The notes under the pieces are model-generated. The model had not been told where the DNA came from and did no database searches. It saw only the letters and a program-made list of their open reading frames with translations. A DNA stretch of 64,000 nt. Source: Octopus vulgaris. Taxonomy: Eukaryota. The DNA lies in NCBI GenBank assembly GCA_951406725.2, contig OX597819.1, positions 12,090,001 to 12,154,000 on the forward strand, written 5' to 3'. Shown here piece after piece: positions 11,347 to 24,223 of the stretch; within the stretch, counting starts at the first letter, position 1; each line of letters opens with the position of its first letter. A program made the translations under genes and the position numbers.

Positions 11347-12923
11347 CTTGGGGAAATTTCGAATCTGGATTCTCATTCCTAAAGTATTTTTCAATGTTAT
11401 TGTTATTATCATTATCATTATTAAAGTGAAATCAAAATCAAAATTGCTGACATGGCCAATGACACTACTGCCTGATTGGCACTCATGCCAGTGGAATGTT
11501 AAAATCACATCCAAGCGTGACAGTTGCCAGGGCCACGGATTGGCTCCCGTGCCAGTGACACATGAAAAGCACCATTTAAGCATGATCGTTGCCAGCGTCA
11601 CTTTACCAACACATGCGCCAGTGGCACATAAAAAACACCTTTTAAGTGTGGTCGTTGCCAGAACTGCCTGACTGGCCCTCATGCCGGTGGCACATAAAAG
11701 CACCCATTAGTCTCAGAGTGGTTGGTGTTTGGAAGGGCATCAAGCTGTAGAAACTTTGCCAGATCAGCCTTCTGGCTCACCAGTCCTCAGTCAAACCGTC
11801 CAACCCATGCCAGCATGGAAAGCAGATGTAAAACGATGATGATGATGATTCAGGTCACTGCCTGGAATCAAAGTCGGAATCTTGGGGTTAGTAATGTAAA
11901 TAATGTACATAATTCCTCATCTCTTAAATATAGAACTGAATTGCTACCTATTTCTTTATTACCCACAAGGCGCTAAACACAGAGGGGACAAACAAGGACA
12001 GACATAGGTATTAAGTCGATTACATCGACCCCAGTGCGTAACTGGTACTTTATTTATCGACCCCGAGAGGATGAAAGGCAAAGTCGACCCCGGTGGAATT
12101 TGAACTCAGAACGTAATGACAGACGAAATACCGCTAAGCATTTCGTCCGGCGTGCTAACGTTTCTGCCAGCTCACCGCTGAATTGCTACCTCTACCCACA
12201 GCACTTGATACAAGCAACTTCAACATAATCTCACCAGCCTGCTCTATTCTATGCTTCTATTTCAGCCTCTGCACATTTGGGGCTTCCACGCTTTACCATA
12301 AACAATCTCATACTGGAAAGAAATAATAACATTGCAATATATTTTGGGGGCTTCACGAAGGCAACGTGGCTGATGTTGGTGGCACATGAAAAGCTCTTTT
12401 CAAGTGTTGGGCCTCACAAGGCAATGACCAAGACCTTTGGCATTATGTTGTGCTTGAGAAGAAGACCCATCAAGCCAAGTAAATTGCAGCTTTAGCAGAT
12501 AACGGTGTTGTGCAAATGGCATTCGTGCCGTTGGAAAATAAAAGCAACCATTACACTCTGAGTGGTTGGCGTCAGGAAAGGTATCCAGCTGTAGAAACCA
12601 TGCCAAATTAGACTGGGGTCTTCTGCAGCCTCCCAGCTTAACAGCCCTGGTCAAATTGTCCAACCCATGCCAGCATGGACAACAGACATTAAATGATATT
12701 TAGTAAGAATGTAACGTAAGAGAAAATTCATCAAATACTAATTCTAGTAAAGGACTTCATTTATTATAAGGGGAGAATGTCCTGAATGTAAATCTGGTCT
12801 TTCTCTTAGAATAATTTAGTCCATTTTTGATTCAGTTCTTTTGATTTTTGGAATAATTCCTTCACATTAGTAACAAAGAATTCACTAGTTTGACCTACAT
12901 AGCTTGTAGTAAATGATTTTTAA

Positions 12924-13143
12924 CCCTTTCATTACCAATCCGGCTGAAACTGGCTCTGGCTCTGAGTACAAATGCTTTGTTTTCATAAGTTTTGCATTAA
13001 AATCTTCCACCAAACCCTAATCACAATTTATGTTCCTAACACTAGCTGAATGACAACCAAGTTATTTTACTAAATTCTTTGTTATATTTAAAGTAATTGA
13101 AAGAAACACAAAGCATCTCAAAATAAATACAGTAACGAAAGGG
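12924..13143. mobile_element. piggyBac-type MITE
   Basis: TTAA|CCCTTTC...GAAAGGG|TTAA termini; partial inverted copy at 62183-62387. Confidence 0.8.
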
Positions 13144-15207
13144 TTAAAACAGCTAACAAGAAGACTTGAGTGTATAAGTATAGACACTAAGTAGACTCAA
13201 ACTATCAACTGCTGTCATTGAAACTCGGTGTCTACTTTAATAAGTTCCCCCTCTTAATCACTATGGATGATATCCTGTGCAAGCTGCTTTGTTGCAAGTT
13301 CTCCACTACCCTTAATCTAGTTTATAATTAGAAGTCATAACAACAAAGGATTTGTACATGATGGAGATCATACCTGAGGGGAAAAATTTTGTAGTTGGCG
13401 GCTGCAAACCTAAGTTTATTGTTTTATTGTGAGTGCCTAGAATTTACACCATGTGGCCCTGAAATTACAGCTTTTCTTTTTCTCTTGTGGAATATATTAT
13501 TGCAAAGAAAGGTATGTAGAAGTTGAAGTGACATAAATGTGTGTTTATCACAGCAACTGAGGAAGATTGATGTAGCAGCAGTATCAAACAGCAACCAATC
13601 CAATTTTGAATCTTGTGAAGAGAAAAATAGATCAGTAAAGGTTACATTAAGATAAAAACATGATGACTTGATGTATGCATAAAGCACCGTCCGAACGTGG
13701 CAGATGCCAGCGCCGCCTGACTGGCGTCCATGTCGGTGACACGTAAAAGCACCAACCAATCGTGGCCATTTGCCAGCCTGCTCTGGCCCCTGTGCCGGTG
13801 GCATGTAAAAAACACCCACTACACTCACAGAATGGTTGGCATTAGGAAGGGCATCCAGCTGTAGAAACTCTGCCAGATCAGACTAGAGCCTGGTGCAGCC
13901 TCCATAGCTTACCAGACCTCGGTCAAACCATCCAACCCATGCTAGCATGGAAAACGGACGTTAAATGATGATGATGATGACGACTCATTGATAAATGTGT
14001 TGTTTGTAATGTGAATAGTGACTCAACATGCCAGCTCAAAAAATGTACAACATTATACATAAGTCATGACAAACAATCATAAAAATGCACCAGATATTTA
14101 TATCAAAATAATGTTTATAATCCATCAACATAACATAATATTTATTAAAATATATAAATATGACAAAAGTTTTAAAATTTCTTCTCAAAATCTCTGAGGT
14201 TACCAGGGAAGGTGAGTATCATATAAAAGAATTTGATATTCTAATCCCCAAAATTTCCAGTTGAATTTTGAGCATGACTTCAGTTTCCAGTTAGGATGAC
14301 AGCCACAACAATCCTTTCTACTATAGGCACAACGCCTGAATATTGGGAGGAGGGGACTAGTCGATAAAATCACCCCAAGTACTTAATTTAACAACCTTGA
14401 AAGGATGAAAGGCAAAGTCAACCTTGCCGGAATTTGAACTCAGAATGTAGTGACAGGCAAAATACGGCCAAGTATCTTGTCCAGCATACTAACGACTCTG
14501 CCAGCTCACTGCCTTGACAGCCATAATAATGTCTCAAACAGGATATATACAGGGATAACACAGCAGCAGCAGTCATACACTATTTTCTTATACATATGTA
14601 CAAATGACACTGTTGTTCATGCTGGCATGGGTTGGACAGTTTGACTGAGGACTGGCAAGTCAGGAGGCTGCACCAGGCTCCAATCTGATCTGGCAAGGTT
14701 TCTACAGCTGGATGCCCTTCCTAATGCCAACCACTCCAAGAGTGTAGTGGGTGCTTTTTACGTTCCACTGGCACAGAGGCCAATCAGGCAGAACTGGCAT
14801 CAACCACACTCAAATGGTGATTTTTACATGCCACTGGCACAGGAGCCAGTCAGGCAGCCCTGGCATCAACCCTAAATAACAATTCTAAGAAATGGATTTA
14901 CCATAATTCCATAGAATACTTTTTATACATTGCAAATACATTTTAACGTGTGGTGATTAACAGCCAATATTATTCTCTCTGAAAGCTCACAGCCAAATCG
15001 GTTTTCTCAAAAAGACATCTATGTATGGATAAGTGATTGGTTGGAGAAAATGATTTCCACCAAATTTCATAATGGTAAACCTATTTTCCCCAAAATAAAT
15101 TATATTTGTGCTTTCAAAGTCATTGGAATTTATATCTTAACAGTCTTCTACTTGTATGAATGATTTTGAGCATAGTTAAGTAATTATGATGAGTAAATGG
15201 TTTCTTT

Positions 15208-16383
15208 TTAATATGAGTGTACATGTTCATGTCTTCGAAGATACCTTTTTGTAGAAAAAGCTTTCCCACAATCATCGCATGTGAATGGCTTTTCTCCAGT
15301 ATGAATACGTTGATGGCTTGTTAAGGCACCATTTTGAGAAAATGTTTTTCCACAGATTTCACAGTGGTGCGGTTTTTCTCCAGTATGAACACGTTTATGT
15401 CTTACTAAGGTGCCACTGTTTGAAAAGTTTTTTCCACAAACTTCACAGTGGTATGGTTTCTCCCCGGTGTGAATATATTTATGCCTTTTCAAATGACCAA
15501 CTTGAGAAAATGCTTTCCCACAGATTTCACAGGGAAATAGTTTCTCTCCAGTGTGAGTATTTTTGTGTACATATATATAACGTCTGTCAGAGAATGCTTT
15601 CCCACAAACTTCACACCGATACGGTTTCTCCCCAGTGTGAATACGTTTGTGGACTGTTAAATTACCTTTTGTGGAAAATGCTTTACCACAGATTTCACAA
15701 TTGTGTGGCTTTTCTCCAGTGTGGAAACGTTTATGTCTTGTTAAATGACCAATTTCAGAAAATGTTTTCGCACAGATCTCACATTGGTACGGTTTTTCCC
15801 CGGTATGAGTTCGTTTGTGTCGTATTAAGTTGGCACTAATTGAAAATTCTTTTCCACATATTTCACAGTGGTGTGGTTTTTCCTCATTGTGAAGACGTTT
15901 ATGTTTCTTTACAAGACTTATTTCAGAAAAAGTTTTCCCACACATTTCACAGTGGAATGGTTTTTCTTCATTGTGAATATGTTTATGTCCTGCCAAATGA
16001 CTCATTTGAGAAAAGGCCTTTTCACACACTTCACACTTGTATGGCTTCTCTCCAGTGTGAGTACGTATGTGTAATGTTAAAAAATAATTCTCAGCAAATG
16101 CTTTGCCACAGATTTCACAGTGGTAGGGTTTCTCTCCGGTGTGAATACGTTTATGCCGTGTTAATGTACTAAATTGAGAAAACTGCTTCCCACATATTTT
16201 ACAATGGTGCACTTTCTTGTCATTGAGACTCTGTTCATGTTCTGTTATATTAGCTTTTTCAGAAAATGTTTCCTCACATATTTCACAGTGATAGGGATTT
16301 TCCTTTGTATGAGTGCACTCACAAACAGATAAGTGACATTTTTTCCCACAAATATCACATCTGCAATTTCTTACCTCAGACAT
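15208..16383 (-). CDS. C2H2 zinc-finger protein ZNF-A, 391 aa, 12 canonical plus 2 degenerate N-terminal fingers
   Basis: CxxC-12-HxxxH repeats with TGEKP linkers; tttgtttcag acceptor on - at 16510-16511. Confidence 0.92.
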   Translation of the reverse strand: MSEVRNCRCDICGKKCHLSVCECTHTKENPYHCEICEETFSEKANITEHEQSLNDKKVHHCKICGKQFSQFSTLTRHKRIHTGEKPYHCEICGKAFAENYFLTLHIRTHTGEKPYKCEVCEKAFSQMSHLAGHKHIHNEEKPFHCEMCGKTFSEISLVKKHKRLHNEEKPHHCEICGKEFSISANLIRHKRTHTGEKPYQCEICAKTFSEIGHLTRHKRFHTGEKPHNCEICGKAFSTKGNLTVHKRIHTGEKPYRCEVCGKAFSDRRYIYVHKNTHTGEKLFPCEICGKAFSQVGHLKRHKYIHTGEKPYHCEVCGKNFSNSGTLVRHKRVHTGEKPHHCEICGKTFSQNGALTSHQRIHTGEKPFTCDDCGKAFSTKRYLRRHEHVHSY

Positions 16384-16694
16384 TCTTTCAGTAACAAAAC
16401 TTGAAGGTTAAAATTTTACAATTTTTGTTCTTTGTTTCAATGAAGACATTTAAATCTCTCTTCCAACACTCACATCTTCCATAGAAAAATCCTCTTTCAA
16501 ACAGATTTTCTGAAACAAATTAAAATAAATATTAAATACTATCAATAAGTAATATAATGAGTAGTTACCAGTACAACAGAAGTGACTAATGTCAAAAAGT
16601 ATCTCAAAGGTTTCTAGAATCAAACACAAGAGAATCACAACTCTGTCAACTCCTTTCAGCAGCTCAGAAATGACTTCACATGAAAACAATATCC

Positions 16695-16896
16695 TCTTAC
16701 TTGTTTCAGTCATTTGACTGTGGCCATGCTGGAGCACTGCCTTTAGTCAAGCAAATCGACCCCAGGACTTATTCTTTGGAAGCCTAGTACTTATTCTATT
16801 GGTCTCTTTTGCTGAACCACTAATTTACAGGGACGTAAATACACCAGCATTGGTTGTCAAGTGATGTTGGGGAGACAAACACAGATACACAAACAT

Positions 16897-16941
<45 letters not shown>

Positions 16942-17113
16942 CATATATACGACAGCTTCTTTCAGTTTCCATCTACCAAATCCACTCACAAGGCTTTGGT
17001 CAGCCCGAGGCTATTGAAGAAGACACTTGCCCAAGGTGCCGCGCAGTGGGAATGAACCCAGAACTATGTGGTTGGTAAGCAAGCTACTTACCACACAGCC
17101 ACTCCTACACCTA
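16695..17113 (-). mobile_element. SINE family A in the ZNF-A intron
   Basis: colinear with 3172-3600. Confidence 0.85.
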
Positions 17114-19121
17114 TTTGTAAGGAAATATTAAAACAAACATACTCTTGCTACTGTTACAATAGAATCTCTTAACTGTTCACCAATTATTCACAGATTTAAA
17201 ACATATTTCATTACAGAAAACAGTAAGTTTAATACAACCAGGCGGTAGCATGGAAATAACACGACCAGACTTGTGATTTTATTAGCAGGCTCACTATTTT
17301 CTGTTGCTTTGAGAATTAAATAAAATAAATCTACTTTAGTATGAAGTCTGTATTTCTTCAGGATTGAGAAAATATCTTACACTCACACACAAACAGTGAG
17401 TAGTCCTGCAAAGGAATCTGCAGGAACTTGCTATCCAAGCATGAAGCTAACCCCTCCACTTTCCTCAGTCCTGTGAACTGCATAGTGATCTCACCAAAAA
17501 GCACCCAATTCACGCTGTAAAGTGGTTCAAATTAGGAGGGACATCCACCCATAATAACCGTGCTAAAGCAGACATTGGAACTTGATGCAGTCTTTGGACA
17601 CATCAGAACTTGTCAAACCATCCACCTGATGCCAGTATAGTAAAAAGGGTAAAGACCCCCTTCTGTCATGAATGACGAGAGGACTGTACTTAGAAAGTTT
17701 CCTTCCAAGGTACAAGTCCGGGCAAGGTTGTTTATGAAAGACCAGCAGTCACCCATGCATACCAGCCTCTCCTCTCCACACCACTGATGTTATCCAAAGG
17801 AAAGGCAAAGGCTGCTGCAGCTTGGCACCAGTGACGTCACAACTCATTTCTACAGCTGAGTGAATTGGAACAATGTGAAATAAAGAGTCTTGCTCAAGAA
17901 CACAACATAGAGCTCAGCCCATGAATCAAATTCACTACCTCATGATTGTGAGCCCAATGCTCTAACCACTGAGCAATGCGCTTTCACCAGTATGGTGCAT
18001 GAACATTAAATAATGATGATAATGATGATAAAAATGAATGGGAGAAATTGTTCAGTTATGTTACATATGTTTCCAAAAAATAGTTATTTATTTGTTTATT
18101 AATGTATTATATTCTAAAATAATATAACCAAACCATTTCATCAGACATCACTGCACAATCTAAACAGGAATATACATAATCCAGTCACTATTGTAGATAA
18201 TACTAAGGCAGCAAGCTGGTAGAAACGTTAGCATGTCAGGCGAAATGCGTAGCAGTATTTCGTCTGCCGTTACGTTCTGAGTTCAAATTCTGCCGAGGTC
18301 AACTTTGCCTTTCATCCTTTCGGGGTCGATAAATTAAGTACCAGTTAGGCACCGGGGTCGATATAATCGACTTAATCCGTCTGTCTGTCCTTGTTTGTCC
18401 TCTCGTTGTGAGTTCAAATTTCGCTGAGGTTGACTTTGCCTTTCATCCTTTCGGGGTAGATGAATTAGGTACCAGTTGCATACTGGGGTCGATCTAATCG
18501 ACTGGCCCCTCCACAAAAGATATCAAGCCTTGTGCCTAGAGTAGAAAAGAATATCTAAAAGAATGTTACAATTTAAAGAATTGCATATCTTTTGTATATA
18601 TAGTTCCATGCAGAGTGATTCTGCCTATAATGTGAATCTGAAATGTCCAACCCCAGGTGCTATAAAACAAAAGTACCACGAAACGATTTTTATGTTTGAT
18701 GGGGTGAAATGGGAGAACAAGACATGAATTTGGTTTATTAAAAAGTTTCCAAAGAGTAATATGTGCGTGCGTGTTTCAATAAAAGTGAAGAGAGGAACGA
18801 CATTAATTCATTTAGAAAATTTTCGTCTGCTCAATCGGAATTTCCGATGTTCAAGACAAAAATTAGAGATAAATGAATGAATAGACTCTTTTGACTCATT
18901 TTCTTATTCTTTTCGTTAATAGAGGGAAGGTTTTATTTCTCTCATTATTGCTGGTCCCTTGTTTTAATTGCGTTACTTTCCTAAGTTATCTCGGTCGCTT
19001 ACATAGGGCATGGATACCGGGTAACCGGTCCTAGAGCTTAGAAAAAAATGTTTAATATCAACACGGGGTTAAAAAGAAGCTGGAGAGAATAGACGAGTTC
19101 GAATCACACAAATATAAATGA

Positions 19122-19525
19122 CTAGCAGTATCACCCGGCGTTGCTCGGGTTTGTAAGGGAAATAACTATATAAGCATTTTTAGAGAGTTATAGTCAAAAA
19201 ATAGCAAATAAATGCATTCAAAATGGGAAAAAAATGATGGTAAATTTTTTTTTAAATCGTTGACTCATCGTAGACATTTTTAGAGAGTTACTTCTCTTAT
19301 ATAATAGCGAAAAAAATGCATTAAAATGGAAAAAAAATGATGGTAAATTATTTTTTAAATCGTAGACTCATCGTAGATGCATGCTAATACCCAGAAGGGC
19401 TCGATATGAATCACGACTATAAGATACCCGGTTTTGGTTAAACTGCACCGCAAAATGTGGGAGTAGTTAGGAATCTAAATCGTAGGAGACAGACACTCAC
19501 ACAACTTCACTTTTATATATAAAGA
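19122..19525 (-). mobile_element. Non-autonomous Helitron
   Basis: 5' TC, 3' CTAG, subterminal hairpin CCCGagcaacgcCGGG, inserted between A and T. Confidence 0.85.
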
Positions 19526-19599
19526 TAATTATTTACTTCTCAAGAAATAAATTATATAATAAGAAATGAAATATGTAACAAAGATTGACATAACAAATT

Positions 19600-19760
19600 C
19601 TACTGTATCGATCTCAAGTGGGGAAACAACGAACTATATCAAGCACAAAGACGAAATATAAACAGACGGAAACCCACCTCGATGTATCGATCTTTTGAAA
19701 TTTCCTGATATCGATCTGTGCGTGCGCGAGCGCGTAGGTGCGGGTGTGCCAACTGTCGCT
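19600..19760 (-). promoter_or_regulatory. Candidate promoter/leader exon of ZNF-A
   Basis: CpG-rich patch, three TATCGATC copies, minus-strand donor GAG|GTGGGT at 19677. Confidence 0.35.
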
Positions 19761-20523
19761 ACTCAGAATTGAAATTACCAAAGACTGCAGATACAAGACA
19801 TAATGGATGTATGTAGTGAAGGATTTTGTAGAGTAGGTGCCGTAGAATATGACTGGTATCTTATAAAATAGAATCAATCAACCAACTCCGGTTTTCATCT
19901 TACGTCATGTAGACTTTTGGGTTTATAGTTAGAAGAGCTGCACATAAGGGGAAATCACTCCCAATTTACATAACATTAAATGAGGAGGTTTGTTGTAACG
20001 ACGGATGGTGGACTTAGGAAGCACCAAAAGGTTGAAATTTCTCCGTTTTGATTGGGATTTTTCAAAATTTTTGTTTTTCACGGTGCCCTTGCAAATGTTC
20101 TGAACTATTTTCCCCTTTTGATTTTGTGGCACTACGCACAATGATTTTTGGGAACACTTGGCACTTAAAAACTATAGGAGAAGCATTTTCGGCTAAAAAA
20201 AAAAAAAGTAAATATTTTCAGACGAAAAGGTGTGGGATTGAAGTGAGATTTGGCTGTTGTTTCTAGCACATCACATGACCGATAAGGTTTAGGGGTTGAT
20301 AAAAATCAAATTTTTAGAAAAAAGTTTTCAAATAGCATAAATGAGTTTATGGAGGGAAGATATTGAAAAATAGCAATACTTGACAGTGAGAAAAAAATGA
20401 GGAAGGTGGTCATGGGATATACTAGAAACAACAGCCAATTCTCCCTTTAATCGCACTCCTTTTCGTCTGACAATATTTACTTCTTTTTTTTTATGGCAGC
20501 GAGCTGGCAGAAACGCTATACAC

Positions 20524-20604
<81 letters not shown>

Positions 20605-20605
<1 letters not shown>

Positions 20606-21420
20606 AAATAAATGGAGTTTAACGCAGGTGTAAATCAAATATTTTACTTTCGGGATAGAAAAAGTATTTAGTAAAAGTATTTAGGGATAGAAATAAACGT
20701 AATAGTACCGGTCTCAGCAAACTGATTTGGGATCTAAAAGACCACAATGAACAATTTCATTTAGAATGGTTGATTCTCTCAATCTCGATACCTTATGACA
20801 AAGGCAAGGAATTCTGTCTTTTATGCAATTCTGAGCTATTTTTCATTATTTTTTCTAAAATTCCCCTAGTAAACACGGTTATAGAGCGAGCATATCGATG
20901 TAAACATTGGCAAAAACACACCTTTAATGCATATAAGTAGTCTCTATCATTATATATAATTTAAACTTTAATTTCCTTTATATTTAACATTCACTATTAA
21001 TATCCCTACTCTTTCTGTAAACTACTTATGACGTTATATCATATAACGTTTTTTAAACAATATTAATAGCGTTCAGTTAATCTCTGTACAAATCCATCAC
21101 TTTTTGCTAAAATGTCTTATTGACGAGTTTCGTTTTTTTCACTTTCCTGAAGAGAAGATTGCATTGTTTATACCATTTATTCTTTTGAATAGTATCATTG
21201 GAATTTTCGAAACATGTGTCGAAAGTAAAATATTTTATTTACACCTGCGTTAAACTCCATTTATTTAATCATATATTATACAAAAAATTCTACGTAAACA
21301 CGAAGTTTCTACCTTTATAAACAAGGAGTTACAACCTCTTTACTTGTGAGATTTTTGTTACCCTGGTAACTATTTATTTATTTTTCCGTGTTGATTGTTA
21401 ACAAGGTAAAAATACACTCA
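20605..21420 (+). mobile_element. Penelope-like element 3' fragment (GIY-YIG C-terminal region plus pLTR) with inverted terminal segment
   Basis: NSTGLSKLIWDLK...WLILS..PYDKGKEFCLLCNSE...RCKH peptide; hammerhead core; 48-bp inverted repeat 20605-20652 / 21220-21267. Confidence 0.7.
21141..21226 (+). ncRNA. Type I hammerhead ribozyme of the Penelope pLTR
   Basis: ACTTTC-CTGAAGA-GAAGATT...AATTTTC-GAAA-CATGT-GTC^-GAAAGT; stems I and II pair, minimal stem III. Confidence 0.65.
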
Positions 21421-21481
<61 letters not shown>

Positions 21482-21482
<1 letters not shown>

Positions 21483-22140
21483 GAGGCCAAAACTGAATAC
21501 ATAAACAAGTGCCTGTCCAACAGTGATTGCATCATCCACACTCTCAACAGTGCACCTTTAAATATGGTTTCTGATTATAAATATCTTGGGTCATACATAT
21601 CATCATCTGGAAAAGACTTTCTAACTAGAAAGGGTATGGCCTGGTCAGCCTGTAATGACATGCATAAGATCTGGTCATCAAATCTAAGTAGAGACTTCAA
21701 ACTTGAAATATTCAAAGCCACAGTCGAACGAATCCTACTATATGGCTCAGAAACCTGGACGTTATCAAAGAAGCTTGAGAGGCGGTTGGATGGAACCTAC
21801 ACTCGCCTCCTTATGAGAGCTCAAAATCTCTCGTGGAGGCGCCATCCAACTAAAATGCAAATATATGGGAAATTACCACCTGTGTCATCTCTTGTGAAGG
21901 GTAGGAGAGTCCAGTTTGCTGGACATTGTTGTAGAGCTGAAAAAGAAGTAATTTCTACTCTTCTCCTCTGGAAGCCATCTACTCGCAACACCAGAGGGCG
22001 CACACTCTCCTACCCTGATGTAATCTCCAGGGATACAGGCATCCAGCAACAGGACCTCCGTAATGCTATGATGGACCGTGAAGTCTGGCGCAACATGGTA
22101 AATTCCATTGTCTCGACCACGGTCGAACAATGATGAATGA

Positions 22141-22143
<3 letters not shown>
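21482..22143 (+). mobile_element. 5'-truncated RTE-clade LINE with open ORF2 C-terminus, flanked by (TA)n on both sides
   Basis: YKYLGS, LLYGSETWTL motifs; stop followed directly by a TGA-type tail; (TA)n at about 21423-21481 and 22143-22207. Confidence 0.88.
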
Positions 22144-22208
<65 letters not shown>

Positions 22209-22614
22209 GAGATGCGTTTAAAAAGTAGGCGACTTTATTTTTTCTCGCCAAAACTAATCCCGCGTTGGCAAAATCCTTTGGGTGGGAGGTGATGCCGCCC
22301 TTCTTGCGCATAAAGGAAAAGTTTCGCGCAGGTAAGCCACACCAATTTCCGGCTGTTACGCCAAATTTACAAACGTGTAGTGCGTGGGCGTTGGATTTTC
22401 ATTTTCACGCAAAATGAGCGAGCGCATCGAGCAGGGACCATAAACCTATGTCTCATCACCAACGATGATAGGTTTCATGAAGTCTGGGTCGTGGTTGGCA
22501 CAGTCCAGCATGTCATATGCATGTATATGTCATACATACATACATACATACATACATACATACATACATACATACATACGTACGTACGTACGTACGTACG
22601 TACGTACGTACATG

Positions 22615-23170
22615 TAATATTGGTGCATTTGGCTTTGTAAATAAACGCCTAAGTGACATTCTGGATAAGCTGTGGCTTTCAGAAAAAGAAATCACTAAGC
22701 CAACTCACACATTACAAACAATCTGTCACTGGGACTAGAAATATGTAAGACTTTTCTCAAGTTTATAATGTGACTTTGTTTTTGTTATTTACATTCCAAA
22801 AATGGAGCTTTGTAACTTTGTTAGAAACCAGCTCCTTCCCCAGAGGAAGAATTCAAATAATTATAAACAGTCAAGCACATACATAGACACTCGCTTCATA
22901 GACATTATAACCTGCAAGATCCTGACATCAATTGCAAATTTCAGATTTTATGTTAGAAGAAAAGATGGAAGAGGAGGCCTAAAATAATTACAGAGAGCCT
23001 CCAAGCGTCTTCTAAACAACAGCATCAAAAATAAATACATCAACCAATGAAGTGAAACAGTCTGGTTGTGAAATTCTCAAGAAAGACTTACGGGTGGCCT
23101 GAATAAACCCAGAAGTGCAAGGCTTACTGATCTCAGCAAAGACCCAGAAGAGAAACAAATTGCACAACAA
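22615..23170 (+). mobile_element. Degenerate R4/Dong-like (RLE-type) non-LTR fragments
   Basis: IGAFGFVNKRLSDILDKL...LQTI C-terminal motif and FYVRRKDGRGGLK motif; preceded by (TACA)n(TACG)n. Confidence 0.45.
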
Positions 23171-23179
23171 AGAAAGGTT

Positions 23180-23780
23180 ATGAGAGATAAGTCTTAACTT
23201 TGTGTGAGAAGTGTGGGAGGGGGTTAAACCGAACAACGTTCCGGTGGCGTTTGCTTTTGCGGGTGCTAGGGCCCGGCATATAGGAGATGCGGTCTTTAAA
23301 CCCACTGGACTCCAGTGCCACGTTGTAATACGGAGCTGCGGAGTCGAACATTTCTTGACTTGGGGACAGATTCAAGATCCTCTTGCTAACACTCTTCACT
23401 GGGTTCTTGAACACGAGAGGGGGTAGCAGGAGGCTGTGTTGATGTAGAACAGCCTGTTGTTTGGTTTGCGGTATGGTCTGTGTGTACCGGAACCCAAGTC
23501 TAGAGAGACATCTAGGAAGTCCACGGTGATGAAGTTGGTCTCAATAGTTATTTTGAGTCCCATGGAGCCTATGGCACTAATCAGGTCCTTTCTCAGCCGA
23601 TCAAATGTGTACCCACTGGCTCCTCTAGAGATGGCCAGAGCATCATCTCTGTAGAGACCGAAGAGGACTGAAGGGAACTTCTCCCCAAAGGTGTCCAGGA
23701 TGTAGAGTCCAATGAGGTCACATACGTCGATGCTGTCGTAGGGTCCCATCACCACATTGAAGGAACCTCTGGGGTCGGAT
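23180..23780 (-). mobile_element. Penelope-like reverse transcriptase fragment
   Basis: MGPYDSIDVCDLIGLYIL...GLYRDDAL...VDFLDVSLDL...PYRKPN motifs; frameshifted downstream. Confidence 0.8.
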
Positions 23781-24126
23781 TGCGCGCCTGTATTTCTGTG
23801 TTATGCAATTGTCTAAAAGGCTATCGTGTGTGTTTCTATCCTATATGTTTTTAGTCTTGTCCGAGAAGAATAAGTCTTGTGTGTGTGTGTTTATGTATGT
23901 GTTTGGCCCTCACCATCGCTTGACAACCGGTAAGAAACCGTTGAAATATGTACCAGATTTTACAAAAACATTCTGGGATCGATTCTTCCGACTAAAATTT
24001 TTCAAGGTGATGCTCCAGCATGGCCGCAGTCTAATACCTGAAACGAAGTTAACACATATAGATGCATGTATAAATTGAGAGTTATTTCCCTTAACCCAGA
24101 ACTCGTATCAGCCTATAATCCATTAA

Positions 24127-24223
24127 GGTCACATGATCAGAGCACACCAATGAAATTCGTTTCTCTCTTGCCATCTTGGTTTTTATAAAACATTGTAAAT
24201 GAATGAAAAATGAGAGCGGGAAA
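24127..24223 (+). promoter_or_regulatory. Candidate promoter/leader exon of ZNF-B
   Basis: GGTCACATGA 24127-24136 then GCCATCTT 24170-24177 in the same order as the paralogs; aaa|gtatgt donor at 24224. Confidence 0.5.

Noticed and set aside
11113-11703. 196-aa minus-strand ORF
   Set aside because: Runs across unrelated repeat fragments and a low-complexity tract; no coherent domain.
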